A stretch of DNA of 64,000 nucleotides, from assembly GCF_018977255.1 (NCBI RefSeq), contig NW_024704742.1, forward strand, positions 116,128,001 through 116,192,000, written 5' to 3'. The stretch's first letter is position 1. The number at the start of each line of letters is the position of its first letter. The stretch comes from Callorhinchus milii (lineage: Eukaryota). A program made the position numbers and the translations under genes. Below, one piece after another: positions 63,029 through 64,000 of the stretch. The notes under the pieces are model-generated. The model worked only from the letters and a program-made list of their open reading frames with translations, had not been told where the DNA came from and searched no databases.

Positions 63029-63382
63029 TGTTTTTTNCTTGAAGGATTATTATTAGGCATGTGGAGTAAGGAAACTTGCTCAGTGTTTCTCCCAGCTGGG
63101 AATCGAACCCAGGTCTCTTGCTTGCGAGGCAAGTGCTCTAACCACTGAGCTACAGGACTCCCGACTCATATAAGCATATTGCAGTCCATTATAAGATAGC
63201 TACTAATGTACATAGTGAGACTGAAGGGAGAGAGAACCAACAGTGAACCATGAATCACTACTAAAGTACTACTTGAACTGTTCAATCAGGACCTTAAATT
63301 GTTATTACAAAACTCTTACATTTTCCACCAAATCTTGAATCTTCCTATAGGATTAGTTAGTTATTGGTGATACATTTTGCTT

Positions 63383-63484
63383 AAACAAAAACAGAAGTCG
63401 CTGGGAACACTCAGCAGGTCAGGCAGCATCTATGGAGAAAGGAAAGTGAATCAACGTTTCAGGTCCACTACCCTTTGTCAGAAC
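63383..63484 (-). mobile_element. Single-arm copy of the same Penelope-type repeat
   Basis: Reverse complement aligns with 37113-37200. Confidence 0.7.
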
Positions 63485-63660
63485 GCATACATTTTGCTTA
63501 ATTGGATTACTGTATACTGTACTGTATATCTTAATCCTTTGAATGCTACCTAGTCTACTGAACCCTGGGACAGGTTTTGTACATATTAAACTCACTGTGA
63601 CACCTGAAATAAACCATAGCATTACAGTAAGAAAGCTTCTCAAGCGCTGGAATAGCTGTA

Positions 63661-63710
63661 TTATTGAAGTATTTTGAAGCATTATTGAAGTATTATTGAA
63701 GTATTGTTGA
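63661..63710 (+). repeat. Minisatellite, unit about TTATTGAAGTA, roughly 4.5 copies
   Basis: ttattgaagtattttgaagcattattgaagtattattgaagtattgttga. Confidence 0.8.
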
Positions 63711-64000
63711 ATCGTGGAGTCCTGTAGCTTAGTAGTTAGTGCATTTGCCTCTGTGAGGGAAGCTATATCAATGCAAGTTGTTGCTGTTGTTGAAGTATTA
63801 AATCTAACCCACTAAAATAAAGCATAAGTAAAATAAACACAGCACCTATGCCGGCCTTCTCACTTTTCTTTCTTTTACCTTTTCTTTATTTTTCTCCCTT
63901 CTGTTTTATAATTTTTCTTGAACCATTTTCTACCGATTCAGAACGGTTCGTTCTACTTTCTTCTAACTTTAAGGGTTCTTTCTTACCTTCTTTCTTCTGG

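Noticed and set aside
63661..63710. CRISPR-like array
   Set aside because: Spacerless 11-bp tandem repeat in eukaryotic DNA with no cas genes.

Overview
Vertebrate (eukaryotic) genomic DNA, most likely a cartilaginous fish and probably a holocephalan, inferred from the tRNA-Ala/Deu-domain/L2-tail SINEs and the abundant L2 and CR1 LINEs. The only host gene I can support is the 5' part of an Lbc-family RhoGEF on the + strand, best matching ARHGEF28/RGNEF. Eight coding exons (29000-57533) splice in frame through canonical AG/GT sites into about 361 aa; the gene continues beyond the window. The rest is intronic or upstream DNA full of repeats: a 5'-truncated L2 with a long RT frame (about 59010-61420), many L2 and CR1 fragments, young and old Deu-SINEs with nested insertions, a fossil pogo/Tigger transposase, and a Tc1/mariner-type MITE. 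Most ORF-track entries are repeat-derived or spurious. The most interesting non-standard signals are two Penelope-type repeats carrying relic minimal hammerhead-ribozyme motifs, several near-perfect fold-back hairpins (including a perfect 30-bp stem inside a decayed CR1), an out-of-frame uORF overlapping the gene's start codon, and templated-insertion repair scars. I see no prokaryotic features and no clearly novel multi-gene system. Repeat boundaries are approximate.
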